A stretch of DNA of 64,000 bases from Vermamoeba vermiformis (taxonomy: Eukaryota): assembly GCA_045837725.1 (NCBI GenBank), contig JBEWZL010000179.1:496001-560000 (forward strand), read 5' to 3'. The position numbers were made by a program, and so were the translations under genes. Under the pieces are notes generated by a model. That model saw only the letters and a program-made list of their open reading frames with translations, was not told the DNA's origin and made no database searches. Position 1 is the first letter of the stretch. Every line of letters begins with the position of its first letter. Positions 1-13,279 of the stretch are shown one piece after another.

Positions 1-824
1 ACGTTATATTTGGAGCCCGAAGAAATTGACCAATTAGTTGTCGATTGGAAAGAAACCCCAAACATGTGCCTTAGTCCTGACGGAAGGTAAATAGAATTCA
101 AAGAGTTATAATAATCTGGTGTAGATGATATACTAATGTTGGGTTCAAAGTTTGAGAGCCACTGCTAGACAAACTGAATTTGAGTTGTACGACTACGCAA
201 AAAATGAAAGTCTTTATTCAATCCCTGGAACGTTTGAAGAGGCACCACATTTGCAGGCATACTGTCCTGTGGATTATTGGCTTACTTTCTCAACTGGTCA
301 TTCGATGATAACTTTGGTACGGATGTTGAGCGGCGACCTAGATCTGTTAAAGTCCAAAAAACCCGTGTACGAAAAATGGACTGATCGTGCCGAAATTATT
401 TTTGCCGACCAAATCGATTGGTAATACTGTATTAATCATTCCTGTACCATATGGAAGGATTTTAGTCAATATGAAGATCCGGCCCAAAATCGTTCACGCA
501 TTTTTTGGATCTTAACATCTGTTACAATGCTAACTTTTTCTTCAATAGAACCTCGAAAATCAGGAATGCATTATGTACATTTCCCCTGAGATATCCGACG
601 ATGATCTTCGTCAGGGAAACTTCCCTACGATTCGTGCATTGTGGTACGAAAAAGGCGCGGCGGCATTATTCGCTTTGCTATCCGATAACACATTGCGCTG
701 GTGGAAGTTCATGTTTGGTCCTGAATCTAGTGTGAAGAAAGCTGAAACATACAGACAAGCACAGGCGACCTTAGATTCAGATCCGAACGCTGAATCTGTC
801 CAGACTGATGATAACTGGGACTAA
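1..824 (+). CDS. 3' part of a multi-exon hypothetical protein, possibly a beta-propeller
   Basis: Open frame from base 1 (..NMCLSPDG), GT-AG intron ~87-150, exon 151-421 (SLRATARQTEFELYDY..), final exon ~549-824 ending TAA. SPDG-x-hydrophobic is WD/propeller-like, but no family was recognised. The internal exon structure is uncertain. Confidence 0.5.
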
Positions 825-1093
825 TAAACGGTTTATCTCAAATAGGAGGATACAACAATATAACCAACGCGTACTTTTGTTGCAGAGCGATGCCATGAGC
901 GCCCTTACTAGATCCTACATTGCTAGTGTTGGTTGAGTAGCGCAGTTTACTTTCATGCGAGACGATTTTTAAAGTTTATTTTTAGCTCTGATTCCTTTGT
1001 AGAAGTTTTTTTTGCGCTTCGGAGAGGTTCTTTGGAAAGATTTTCGCGTTTTGGCACTTTATTTTCATTCGAGCATAAAACTAACAGACAACA

Positions 1094-2771
1094 ATGGATG
1101 AACCATTATTTGGAGAGCAGAAGCAAAAGGTGATTGTTAAGACACGACGTTTGATTAGAAAGATCTGGAGTATTGAAATCCGGATGGACCTACATTAGTA
1201 TTGTGCATAAAAATTGTGGTTAAAATATAACAATAATATAGGGATTATTGTAGTATTCGTGAAGTTATTAGCGCAGTTTGCTGATTATTGTATTTATTAG
1301 ACAAAAGTTGCTATTTGGGTTATTGGTTTAATCCTTGCCGCAGCTTGCTTGGTAAGTATCATTAATTAATACGCGCGTTCCAATATTAATTATTAATATG
1401 GCAGTGGCTGATTTTTCGTATTTTCAATTCTATTTATTTATTTTCGTGATCCGTTGAACTAATTATTTTTGTAGTTCACCATTGCTATCTGTATTGTATT
1501 TGGTATCACTAGATCATTTTATCAACACTTCTTCTTTGGCATAGCTATTTTATTCTCTGGTCTTATTTTATTTATTTTGGTAAGCCCGAAGATTTTTTCA
1601 ATATTGGATCGGCTAGCATAAATTACTAGCTCAATTTTCAGCCCGAATTTATTAGCATTATCGTTAAATACATAGATTATGATAATAGTCGAATAATAAG
1701 AATTTTTTACGTATTTTCTAAAGTTCGATAGAAAATTCAAGACAGATCCAATCAGCACGATAAGCGCCCATTGACAATAATTGCTAAAATTAAAAGTATC
1801 TATATTAATTATAACGTATTTAGTTCCGTTGGTACCAACAAGGAGACTTGGATCCCAAGTTCAAATTTTTGATCGGCTGCTTGATCTTCTTGATTGTCAT
1901 TTTGTGCGGTGTTGCTAATTCTTACGTTTGGATCCCCGAGCACATTGATCCTTCGTCAACATGGTACGTAATCATTTACATGCATTTGTCCTATCAAGAC
2001 CTTAAAATTTTTTTTTTATCGTTATTGATACTGCCCAGCAAAGCAAATGATATATGTCGCTTATTGTTAGGATGTCATAGAATAGCCAATAATAATATTA
2101 AATGATTTAGAATAATTTTATTAATAATTTTAGTTCCGTTTTGAGCGGTTACTAACTCTCCTTTCCAAATTTAGTAACAACGGTGGTGGCATGTACATTT
2201 ATCAAACCAAGCAGTGCATTTCAATCAGCAACTTGGCTGACTGCGTACCGGTACGTACAAACGAATTGATCCGATCTTTAAAGAACCTTTCTTATTACTC
2301 TTAACATCACCTAATATTTAATAATATTCATATTTATACTATACTATATCGAATAATTATTATGATCGTTAAGAAGCAAATTTTAACCGCTCAAAAATTT
2401 ATTGCAGCATTTGTCATGTGCTCAATTGACGGACAATTTTTACTACGGCAAATTGTTTCATAGGGCGATCGATGCTATATATAGTTACTAACTGTCGGCT
2501 ACTAGGGCTATTGCATGTGCGTCAACGCTTTGAATAACGAGACTGGTTCCGTGAGTTGCATGAACTGCACCCACTGCTTCCAACAGTCCAACAGTACGTA
2601 TTCAATTTTAAGCGAATATAATTACATAAAAAATATTATAATGATATATTATGAAAATACGAGTATTAGTTAGTTGTACGGAAAGGCTTGATATTAATTT
2701 TTTTGGTAGATGTCGCAAAGGACTACAGCGATTTCAAGACCTCTAAGAAACAAAGCGAAGACGAGTTGTAA
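1094..2771 (+). CDS. TMEM243: TMEM243 (DUF2678)-family small membrane protein with a Cys-rich C-terminal extension; about 7 exons
   Basis: Spliced reading: MDEPLFGEQKQK|TKVAIWVIGLILAAACL|FTIAICIVFG..FIL|FRWYQQGDLDPKFKFLIGCLIFLIVILCGVAN. The PLFGE and WYxQGDLxPKF motifs match TMEM243. It continues CNNGGG..C..C|GYCMC..CMNCTHC..|..KKQSEDEL*. Confidence 0.8.
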
Positions 2772-3089
2772 AGCAAATTAGATTTCAGTTCGAAAATTGA
2801 ATTTTAATTTGATGGTTTTAAAATACTGTTCGAGTAATATATATCGTCAATATTAATAATAAAAACTTTTTTGCTGTTAACAAAAATTGACTTCAGCCCT
2901 GAAAAATACGAAATAATAATAATAATAATAGGCCTTTTGAGTGCCGCAACAATAGTGCAAGATTTTAATATTAACTCAACGTTGGCCAAAAATAGAAATT
3001 GACAAATTCGCGTACGGCTCATTTTAGTCTTGATTAAAATTTGTATAGATTACAACGTTTAGCACTAGTATCGTTAGACTAATCCAAGT

Positions 3090-4721
3090 ATGGAGCAAGA
3101 GCAGACAATCCCGAACGATCTGCTTCGCAACGTTATTTTACCGAATGTATGGGTGAGAACTCTACTGGAATCATGCACACAAGTTTGCCGACAATGGAAC
3201 AGAGTAAGTTATTACCATATATGATGCGTATAATGCAAAATTGAATTTTAAATCATTTTTGAAAATTAATTTAATATTTTTTCCAGTGGATCACGCCGAA
3301 GTTCTGGGAGACCGTTTTTAAGGCTCAATTTGGTAAATTTACAATTCAACTCGTACCACCAGTGACAAATTTAAATTGGCGAAGAATGAGTATTGAAGCA
3401 AGTAAGTCTTTGACGATCTTACCGGTCATCAATTTTAAACCTTTTTAATTAATATTTCCTGTTAAGGTTTAGTACCTCCACTAGGGACAGTAGCGACACT
3501 TAATAATGGCAGTACGTTCATAACTTTTTTAGTTATAGATCCAATTTTTTGAACCTTGACCAATTTCAGGTACGGCTTATACTGTTGAAGACGTGATTTA
3601 TTGCACGCACTTAAAAATGAAGAAAACGCTTACTAGCGAAGTATTAGACCTCGAACCTGAATATTTTAGGCCAATGATAAAGCCAGGCACTAACGGCCAT
3701 CCTGCGGTACGTTTTTCAAATTACCATGAATTTTATTTAATTTTATTAAACTTATTATTGAACTAGTTAGCGGTGGGTATACGAGTATTTGGAAGGTGGA
3801 AAAAACAAAGTTTTTGGAGCGGAAAATTAACGCGAGTAGATCACGAAAAAAAACAAGTTGATATTCATTGGGAAGACGATGATAAAGGCACTATAGATTT
3901 CGATGAAGTATATTCTTATCCTACTGAAGAAGAAGTACTCGCGCTACGAAAACAAATTATAGAAAATACATTGGATCCGAAAACGCACGTGTTTGCGAGT
4001 AGGACAGATCTGGCCAAGTCTGGTCGTTGTGGACCGGTACGAATTCAACAATATATATATATTTATAATGAGACTGACGGCCTTAATAGTACCATGAAGG
4101 AACGATGGATCATCTCAGCTGCCATTGGTCAGTTTTGTTGTCGGATAGCACCATGGTCTCACCGACCGCGATCACGGTCAGAAAACAACTGACCATCCCA
4201 CAAGTTTACTCCAAGATAGACAATTTGATAGATAAGAATCTTATGGGACAGAGGGTGTTGTATAAGACCGATAATTCCGGAGAGTTTCACTTATGCGAAG
4301 TGTCATCGGATCCGCAAGATTTTGCATCGTTAGTGGTCCAAAAAGAGGATCAGGACGAAGGTCTATATGAATTGAAAGTATATTATACGGTAATAAGGGA
4401 TATGCAATCGAAGCATATTCCTGGTGATTCTATTGTTCGTGTTAGTCGGCCGCTGATCCAAGACGTAAGTATTATATTAACTTCAATTAATAATTTTTTA
4501 TCGTATTTTTCGTAGAAATATTACTAATTTTAAATTTGTAGTTGGCTGTTGGAAAAACTATGTACGTTTTGGTCAACAGATCTTACGTTAAAGGAGAAAT
4601 TCTAGCGATTGATGGTCAGTTTCGAGCTCTTGTATCATTTTACCGTCCAAATAGCCAAAATGCAGTGGCTGAGACTTGTCTTGCTCAGTGCGCTGATTTG
4701 CTTAAACCGATCATTCTGTGA
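3090..4721 (+). CDS. F-box protein with Tudor/SH3-like beta-barrel domains, multi-exon
   Basis: N-terminal F-box: IPNDLLRNVILPNVWVRTLLESCTQVCRQWNR..FW. Tudor-like segments: VGIRVFGRWKKQSFWSGKLTRVDHEKKQVDIHWEDDD and last exon LAVGKTMYVLVNRSYVKGEILAIDG. Confidence 0.7.
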
Positions 4722-4994
4722 AGCACAAATAAATATTCGAATTCTCAGAATTAAAACGAATGATTAAATGTTGTTCTCACGCCGAATTGCAGTATTCAAT
4801 CGAACTATAGCGATACGGAACTCATTGATTTTTTTGTGCGGTAATATCAATCAAACAAAATAGATTAGAAATGAAACAAATACAAATTGAGCATTAATAA
4901 ACTGCGCCTAATACCGACAGAAAAAAGTATATGAAACAACGATTCGAATAGAACGTTAAGGTCTGAGTGTATGACTATTTTATGGTTGGTTCAC

Positions 4995-6845
4995 CTACAC
5001 TAGGATAGACAGATCCGGTGTTAAGTGTCTGAAAATTAAGCGCCAGATCTCTAACGGGAAGATCGTTAGTTTCTGTCGCGCTATATTATACATGACTAGT
5101 GTTATATGTAATTTGAATAGTCTATTTCTTATCAGAATCGGTTCGTAGAATGCTTTGTACCAACCATTCCTCAGTTCCAAATCCGTCAAGATCCAATTCT
5201 TTTTCAACGACGCAATTGCTTTGCCCGAGAATTCCATTGGTATACCATATCGAGTTGGTACATTAATATAGCTCGTTATACTGCAACTATTTGCTAATTC
5301 TTCTAAAAACAGATCACCTTCATAATGATAGAGCGTACTGGATAATTTTTGAACTGTCGTATTGTGCTGTAAGAGCATGTAAGTATCATTTTGTCCATTG
5401 CTAAAAAAATCCGATATATCTATCTCCGTTAAAGTCTTATTTGTCAAGAGCATTTGCCAAAGCGGATCTGGTATGAAATGGCGGCTGCATTTTAAAGCCT
5501 TCAATGTCTTATTATGCGATAACGCATCGCCTAATAATGTTGTGACCAAGTTGTTAGCTCTTAAGTCCAATTTTGTTAATGTCTTATTGTGTTTGAACCA
5601 GTCCACTGAAACAGCGCCAAATCTAGGCAGATCTTGCTTCTGACAAACTAAGCCGTTGAGCGCAATCTCTTTAAGGGTCTTATTCTTCGTTAATAGCTCG
5701 TTCCATATTTGAATTGTATTCTCGTCTATCGACAAACAGCTCCAATATTCTGAATCTGTTGGATCGTCGTCTACGTCAATTTTTCCGAGTTGCAGACTCG
5801 TTAATGAAGAGTTGTCTATCAACGCTCTTAATAAGGTATTGAGGTATTCAACAGTCAATTGAGTTATTTTTAGCGTTCGTAGAGGAGTTCCTGGCCTGTT
5901 GACAATACTCTGAACAAATCTCGAAAAGACTTTCTCGCGGAATTGAATATCGCTATTTAAGTTGGATCCCACAGGGAAATAATTTTGTAATGGAAAATCC
6001 AGTGTTTGCAAGGACGTTGTGGTTTGTAAGAGCGTCATGAGTGGATCGACATCTGCATTTTTGTAGGTTATTCCAGTGAACAATAAGGTCTTGATTGTTG
6101 TATTCTCTTCAAATAATTCTTTGATGTAAGAAATATTAAGCGCTGAAGTGGAGAAGTTGGTGCCTTCGATCTGCAGGATTTGGATTCTCGAATTTTTCTT
6201 GAGTGAAGCGCATAGCGTTTGCACTACTTTTGCTGGAGCGGACAGCTTTATATTATTAAGGGTCTTATTTTCATTAATGGCTGCAGCTAGCATTTGGCTC
6301 ATTTTGTCATCGATTTCACCGGTGTCATAAATAATAAGCTCTTTGAGGGCTCTTGCGTTCTTTAATCCTTCACAAAATGACACACAGTGTTCTTTTAAAA
6401 AGGTTTTTCTAAATCCTGAGCCGTTGTGGGCTGTTTTGATTTCTAAACTGCGCAGATTCGGATGCACAACCAAAATTTCTTTCAATAATTCAAATAAATT
6501 CTTGTGATTTTTGTCGTTGTATAAACTAATTCGTATATTCTTCAATCTTGTATCGTTGACAAATGAATTATAAACAGCTGTTCCGCGTTTTGCGTATAAA
6601 TTATAAAGTGAAACCGAATCTGTCACCAAAATGGAGTTTACATTGTTATTCATTGCTTTAGTAAGATCATATTCATCCTTTATGAATACTAGATGCTATT
6701 TATTAAATTTATTAATTATTGGTAATTAATTGATTTTTATTTTAGATCTTACCTCGTCAGTGTTTTTATTCGCCTTGACCGTATCATATGCATCTTCTAT
6801 ATTGTCAATATTGATCTCAAATACAGGGTTATCAGGACGTTCCAT
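4995..6845 (-). CDS. RNI-like leucine-rich-repeat protein with a C-terminal F-box-like motif
   Basis: 552-aa ORF with repeated NxTLxxLxL units. One 5' intron (~6698-6752) joins exon MERPDNPVFE..TDE. The C-terminus reads IFPLEIWRLIFRHL. Confidence 0.85.
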
Positions 6846-7090
6846 TGTTTTCGTTCAAATCATACGTGTGGTCTTCGTTAAAAATGAAAAAAACGGCGGC
6901 AAATTTGTTATTTTTGGGTTGGGACAAGTTAACGGGACCGTTTAATTGGCCTAAATTCTATCGAATGCAATTTACGAGAAGGATAATGGTAAAGAAAAGC
7001 ACAAGAGTTATAAACAACAATAATTTAGTACAGTTTTACAACTAAAGACAAAAATCTTAAAATCACGGCATTACAATTACTGGCCATAAT

Positions 7091-9041
7091 TTAGTCATAT
7101 CGCTGGCCGCCGGCGAGACCATCGTTAAAATTTTGAGTGGTGCTGGTAGTGCTAGTGCCAGCGCCCGGGATCTGCTTGATCTGGAAGTCCATATAACACA
7201 AGAAATATGAGATGACGAACTGCAATATGGCCAAAAAGAATAAGAAGTAGTTTCGTGTGTTAACGGCACGTGATTCGACGGGCTTTGGAATGACCAATCG
7301 CAAAGTTTTGACCATGAAGACCGCCATGAACAAACTGTTCACGAACCAAGTCACGTGGAAGGCTAGTGAGCCTAACATCATGCCACTGATCATATTTGCA
7401 GTCACACTAATGCCAAAAAAACTGTTAGTCTTGTGTGCAGATCCAACGAGCAAGAGAATTAGTTTTTTTAGCAGATCTGGATCTACTAATCATTGCCGAT
7501 TTTCAGCCTCGCAAATGCATAAATATAATATCAATATATAGATTAAATTAAAGGATAAGTTAATTACGAATTTAGATTTAAGGAAAGAATTTATCAAGAT
7601 CTGGGAACTGAGATCTAACTTTCACCGTCTTTAAATAATATATAATTGCCAATCTATATTATATTATATGACATTATAACAATTTTAAAATAAATTTTGT
7701 AATTTGCGAGGTCGACGAAAAGAATTTCAGATCCGTGTAAGTTGCTTACCCGACGAACTTGTAGCCACAATAGGCGATAATCTCGTAGATTGAAATTGAC
7801 GGGAAACTCAACAAGTATAGACCTGCTTTGAACATCAACACTTCGACTAACATTGTGATCAGGCCTGTGCTCGCTGTCATGCCCAAAACCTCGGGGGTAA
7901 AACTGTCACAAAAAAATATTAACATCAATTCTCAGAACAAAAATACGCCAAATATTACGATATTAAGACCATATTATATTATTATTTTAGGTATGTGACG
8001 ATATAATTGGTAAAGGTTATTGGATCTAGGGAAAATAATTATTTTAATTTTTTCTGAGTACGTACTTGAAATTAGTGCCCATTAAAAATGCGACGAGCAG
8101 CACGTAAGTAATAAATGCCATGGAAGGAATGTACAAATCAGGTGCATTGATGTCTTGATTGGGTGGTTCGTAGGTGTCAATGCCTTCTGCTTGGCGACTA
8201 ATGCGACGAGACCAGGACTAATGCCATTTAAATTAATAAATTAAATAATTCTAAGAAATATAACTATAATTAATTATCGATGAAAGTCCGGGCCCAGACG
8301 AAATTTTTTCGTTTGGATCTGGTCCGTGGAAACATTGAAATTTTTGCACGAAATATGAATATTATAGAGTATATTTAGTATTAAATAATGCGGGATTATA
8401 TTTACCTTGTGAAGGAACGGGCAAGCGAGAATTTTCAATTTATTCAAAACATAGGAATTGTTCACGGCGAAGTAATAACGCAACGAGTTCAACCATTTGC
8501 TGCTCACCTGTAAAATTAAATAATTAATACAAAAATTAAATAATTATGAATTTTTTTGAACGTGAAGTCGTTACAGGGAAGCTAGATGTGACACAAAAAA
8601 AGATTTTTTCCCGCGTAATGATTTGATATGATTATTAATGCTATATTAAGCGTATTTAACTTACTGTGGGTACATTTATGCGATTAATAAAGTTTGTAGC
8701 TTGTTGCATGCCGATCTGAGCAATCGGATTGGATGTAAAGTCGACAGGGAAAGAAAACTGAGGCTAAAAAAAATATTAGAAAATATTATTAATTAATATG
8801 CACGTATATTTGTATCAAGAAAGTTGATTTCGGAGTTATTAAATTGATGCGTATTTTTTTCGGTTTTTCAATTCTTAATAAATACAATACTAGCACTGTC
8901 AAGAACGAATAATAATCTTACTTGACCACCATTTCCTATTTGAGGGCTTTGACTCCAAGCTCCATTTCCAAAATTGGGTTGAAAAGCGTTTGGATTTGGT
9001 TGGAATGTGTTTGGTTGGCCAACTACAGGAATATCGGCCAT
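7091..9041 (-). CDS. YIF1: Yif1/Hrf1 family ER-Golgi membrane protein, multi-exon
   Basis: Exons give [63 protein letters not shown] and FMVKTLR, all diagnostic Yif1 motifs. Confidence 0.93.
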
Positions 9042-9114
9042 ATTTACAGCTTGTGTGGTGTTAAAAAGCTATGGAAACGAAGACAAAGTTGCACACGTTT
9101 GCAAAAATTTGGGT

Positions 9115-9126
9115 GCTGACGTCACG
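9115..9126. promoter_or_regulatory. CRE-like palindrome TGACGTCA ~75 bp upstream of the YIF1 start codon
   Basis: gctgacgtcacg seen at the 9061/9121 line junction. It matches the bZIP-type site consensus, but function is unproven. Confidence 0.3.
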
Positions 9127-9502
9127 ATGATTTGATCAATCTCAATTCAAACCACAAGACTTAGTTTTGGGAATACAAATTTATTATTTGTTTCATTGCA
9201 ATATTAGACAATGGAAGATTTCCGGGAGTAACAATAATGCAGGTTTGAATTGACAAGAAAATTTGGTTTTGGTTTGGGTGGTTCTTTGTGCATAAGTCGT
9301 AGACACATCTAAGAATTCTATTACAACACCATTAGTTGGGTTTCCTCAAATTTTCCGCAAATCTTGAGGTGACCCTACATTTCTGGTAACGAAATGTATT
9401 AAGAATTCATTCGCATGTGTCCACGACTTTGAGCACCACGGATTTGATCCACACCGTCTGCCTCCAAACTAAAGAAATCGTCAGGAAAATTCTAGCGCGA
9501 AT

Positions 9503-11468
9503 TCACATGGTATCATCAGTACTAGGTGAAAACTGTGAGAACGACGGATGCACCGAATAATTGCCGGGGGCGCTGTTGTAATCGGGCACGGGGCTTGTAT
9601 TGCAATTCAGGTTGTTGTTTGAACTGAGTTGTGCGTTGTCGCTCGGGAACGTCGAAAAATAATCATCAAATGGCTCATCTGCAGTAGCATTGCTCCCTAG
9701 CTGAGCTGAGAAATCAGGCATGTAGGACTGGCTTGAGGGAAGGGACGTGTTGTTACTGAGATCATAAGAACGGTTTGGCCATTGATTCGTGTTGCTTGGC
9801 AGATGCGCCTCCGTATCCCTGCAGAGGGAAGTGTTTGTCGAGTGGTAAAAGCTTGTGCTTGTGAGCCAGGCACTCTCGGTGGTGGGCGATCTCATTGAGT
9901 CGGGACTTGAATAGCTATACTGATGAGATCCTTGATTGGGTAGAGAGTGAGAGATCGGGTAAGCTGGGTTAGGTGAGGGTCTGTGTCGCTTTGGAGGTCG
10001 TTGATCGGAGTCACTGTCAGAGGGGTCTACCTTTCTTTTCAACGACACGGAAGGCTGGGCTGTATCGGAAGGAGACGAGGAGCCAAACGAAGGCGAAAGA
10101 CCAGAGGGAGATGAACTAGATGAGGTCCCATTCGTGGAATAACTGCCACTGCTGCTTTCGTGATTGGCCACAGGACTTGTATAGTAGCACGTATCGGTCA
10201 ACGAAGGTGGCTGTGGATTGTAGCTCGGGTACATTGGGTAACCAAAAGGCAGCTCGTAGGCAGGGGCATTACTTGACTGCTGAGTTGAGAAACCAGACCA
10301 GCCTGCCTGGATGACGTAAGGCCATTGATTCGTGTTGTTTGGCGGATATGCCTCTGTAACAACGTAGGGCGGAGCGTTTGTGGAGAAGGGGCAGGCGTTT
10401 TCGTTGATTTCCAATCTACTCATTGTGTCGGCACTTAGACAGCTGTACTGATGAGATCTTTGATCGGGCGAAGAGTGAGAGATCGGGTTAGCTGGGTTAG
10501 GCAAGGGTTTGTGTTGCTTTGAAGGTCGTTGATCGGAGTCACTTTCGTCAGAGGGGTCTAACGTTGACAAAGAAGGTTGCTCCGTATCAGAAGGAGACGG
10601 GAAGTCATAAGAGGGTGAAAGACCAGAGGGAGACGAACTAGATGAGGAGCCATTCGTGGAATAACTGCCACTGCTTTCGTGGTTGGCCACAGGGCTTGAA
10701 TAGTAGCATGGAGTGGTCAACGAAGGTAGCTGTGGATTGTAGCTCGGGTCCATTGGGTAACCAAAATGCAGCTCGGAGGCAGGGGGATAACTTGCTAGCT
10801 GAGTTGAGAAACCAGACCAGCCTGCCTGGATAACGCAAGGCCATTGATTCGTGTTGTTTGGCGGATATGCCTCTGTAACACCGTAGGGCGGAGTGTTTGT
10901 GGAGAAGGAGCAGGTGTTTTCTTTGATTCGCGATCCATTCATTGAGTCGGGGCTTGAACGGTTTTGATCGGGTGAAAAGTTTTCATCTCTTCCTGGTTTG
11001 CGCTTTTTACACCCAAGCTCTTTACAACTAATACAACATTAGAATTTACTTGATTACCTAGGACGCCAAGATTACCTTTTGCTTTCTCTTTTGAGCATGC
11101 CCGCAAAATATTTACAAGTGTGACTCCACAGATTTGTGTTTGGAAACAGTTCGTTGAAAGTGGGGAGCCCTTTTTTTGTCTTTTTGATCCCCAATAACCA
11201 AATCAAATGGGTATTGCCCGACTTGCTCTTAACCAATTGTTGGTGTGATCCGAGCTTCTTCCTGTTCATCCATCTGAAAAGAAATATACTCAGATACCGT
11301 CAAGATATTAACTGCAACTATTACCGAGTAACGGCACCGGCACTGAATGTATTGGGCGACTCCGGGTCAGCAATAACAGCAACGCTGTTGTTTTCACCCC
11401 AAACTGTATTGTTGTTGCCGTATTTGCGGTCTATGGCCTCTTTTAGTCGTGCGTTGTTGTTATCCATT
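9503..11468 (-). CDS. Hypothetical protein with a basic N-terminal domain followed by a Ser/Pro/Tyr-rich internally repeated region
   Basis: Three in-frame exons joined by GT-AG introns (..AGAVTR|WMNRKKLG..RESKS|CKELGCKKRKPG..MNGSR..). The start codon is uncertain: the frame stays open to ~11605 without an ATG. Confidence 0.6.
9895..10945. repeat. Intragenic tandem duplication of ~522 bp (two copies plus a degenerate partial third)
   Basis: TEAYPPNNTNQWPxVIQAGWSGFSTQ and PVANHESS(S)GSYSTNG each occur twice. The matching shadow ORFs start at 10120 and 10642 (offset 522). A third degenerate copy reads TEAHLPSNTNQWP. Confidence 0.95.
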
Positions 11469-11677
11469 CGCAGTATTTTTACACTGCCCAATTGGACGCG
11501 CAACTTTTTGTATTTTGAGTGATTCACAAAATCTTGCACAAGTGTCCACGGACCCCGAGAACCTTCAATCAACTTTTTTTGGCATATGAAATGAGTGCAT
11601 ATATATTATACTATTCTAGCACGATTGAATCGAGTTCTCGATTAACAAACTAATTTGATCTTGCCAGAACCAAAAAG

Positions 11678-13279
11678 ATGGAAGCTACCATAAAAATTAA
11701 GAATTATCTTTTGGAAAACAATATAGATATACGAGATTCCGTTGGTTCGGCTGAATTGTGGAAGTGCCTTCCGTTGATAAAAGAAGTTTTTGGATCTAAC
11801 CGGTAATTATCACAACCAAATTGAAGTAAATTAATTTACAATTAATATTCTAATAGATATTTTTTTAGAAATTTTTGTCATTATTATGACTTGAATCCAT
11901 CGAATTTCGCTAACTGGACGAAGAATAAGAGATCTTACGCTAAAGCACGAACGGCAGTACTCTCGTTCCTTTCCAATCCTCCACTTGCAGAAGAAATATT
12001 AAGTAACAATAGAAGTCGGTACCTTGCCAGAGTAACCAAAGAAGACCAACCACGCCCGATGCGGGAGAGGAAAAAATCGAAAGCGTGCTTTGATAATTAT
12101 GAAGTATATTGCTTTATCGATGGTGATAATAGTATGCACTCATTATACTCTTTGTTGGATATTCCAATCGATATTACGCGAGTGAAGGCATTTTCATTTC
12201 ACGCAGAGCGCTTCAAAAACACAAAGACAAAAGCAGAGCTCGAAAGATTGGCTCCACATTTAGATATTGAATATGATAGCTCTTCAGATGGCAAAGATAT
12301 CGCCGACTACTTGCTATTCACCAGACTATTTATGGTACTACAATCGAAGACAAAAAAGTTCGAATCTGACCCAAGTTCAATGCCCGAAACGAGAATTTAT
12401 TTAATATCAGCCGACAAGTTCATCAATACTGCTGCTAGACGAGTGAGAGTCGAATTTTCAGAATATTTAAACTCGATCCAAATCTACACCTGGAACGCGG
12501 AGAAAGAAGAAAGCCTTGGATGGCACTTACACGAGCATAATTATTCTGATCCTAATTTTGACGTAAAGAAGAGCCAGTTCTATTCAGCTTGTCAGAGGAT
12601 TCAAGCAGAAGAGCAGAACACAGCGAACTTAATCCAGTCGCTCAACAAACAGTGGGATGAAATAGAGATGAGCAATCAACAATACAAAGTGCTGCCATTT
12701 ACGGCTGATAATATAGTCCACTATTTCAAATCACATAATAATATCAATACCTTTCCAACGCCGTCGATCCAAGCCCACGCTGATCAACTTTCAGCAATTA
12801 AATTAGTCAAGTCTATGTTGAAGAACGAAGGAAGAGCGAATATTTTGATCAAAGAATTAGAAAAAGAATTAGATTTTCCAGCAGCGTTAAAAGATCAATT
12901 TGGATCGTGGTCAAAATTTTTTGAAGAAACAGCGGCTTTATGTAGTGAATATGGATTGACAGTAAACGATAAAAAGGTCACTGTAGAGAAGTTCAACGCA
13001 ATTAGTATGTTTTCAGAAGGAAAAGAACTGGATCGAATAGCACCCGAGAAATTACGCTTTGAGAAACAAGCACAACAAATGCGCGATATGATTGCCGAAA
13101 TAGGATTATCAAATTTTCTAAAGCTAACGAAGCAAATACAATTAGAAGTTAACGACAAAGCAAGGGAGGCCCAGATCGTGGAAGAACTGGCAAATCCGGA
13201 AGATAGCGAGCAATATGAGTCTGAAGATGACTATGTAAATAATGTAACTAACGAAATGAATAAAATACGCTTGGAGTGA
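11678..13279 (+). CDS. NYN/PIN-like nuclease-domain protein with an N-terminal HTH-like segment and a LOTUS/OST-HTH-like segment
   Basis: Exon 1 MEATIK..FGSNR, intron ~11803-11868, then a 1.4-kb exon. The acidic triad motifs CFIDGDN / GKDIAD / LISADKF are typical of the NYN/PIN fold. ..LKDQFGSWSKFFEE is LOTUS-like. Confidence 0.65.

Noticed and set aside
9895-10945. 522-bp direct repeat as LTRs or a mobile element
   Set aside because: The copies are adjacent, in frame within one ORF, and lack TG..CA ends, a TSD or internal pol/transposase sequence.
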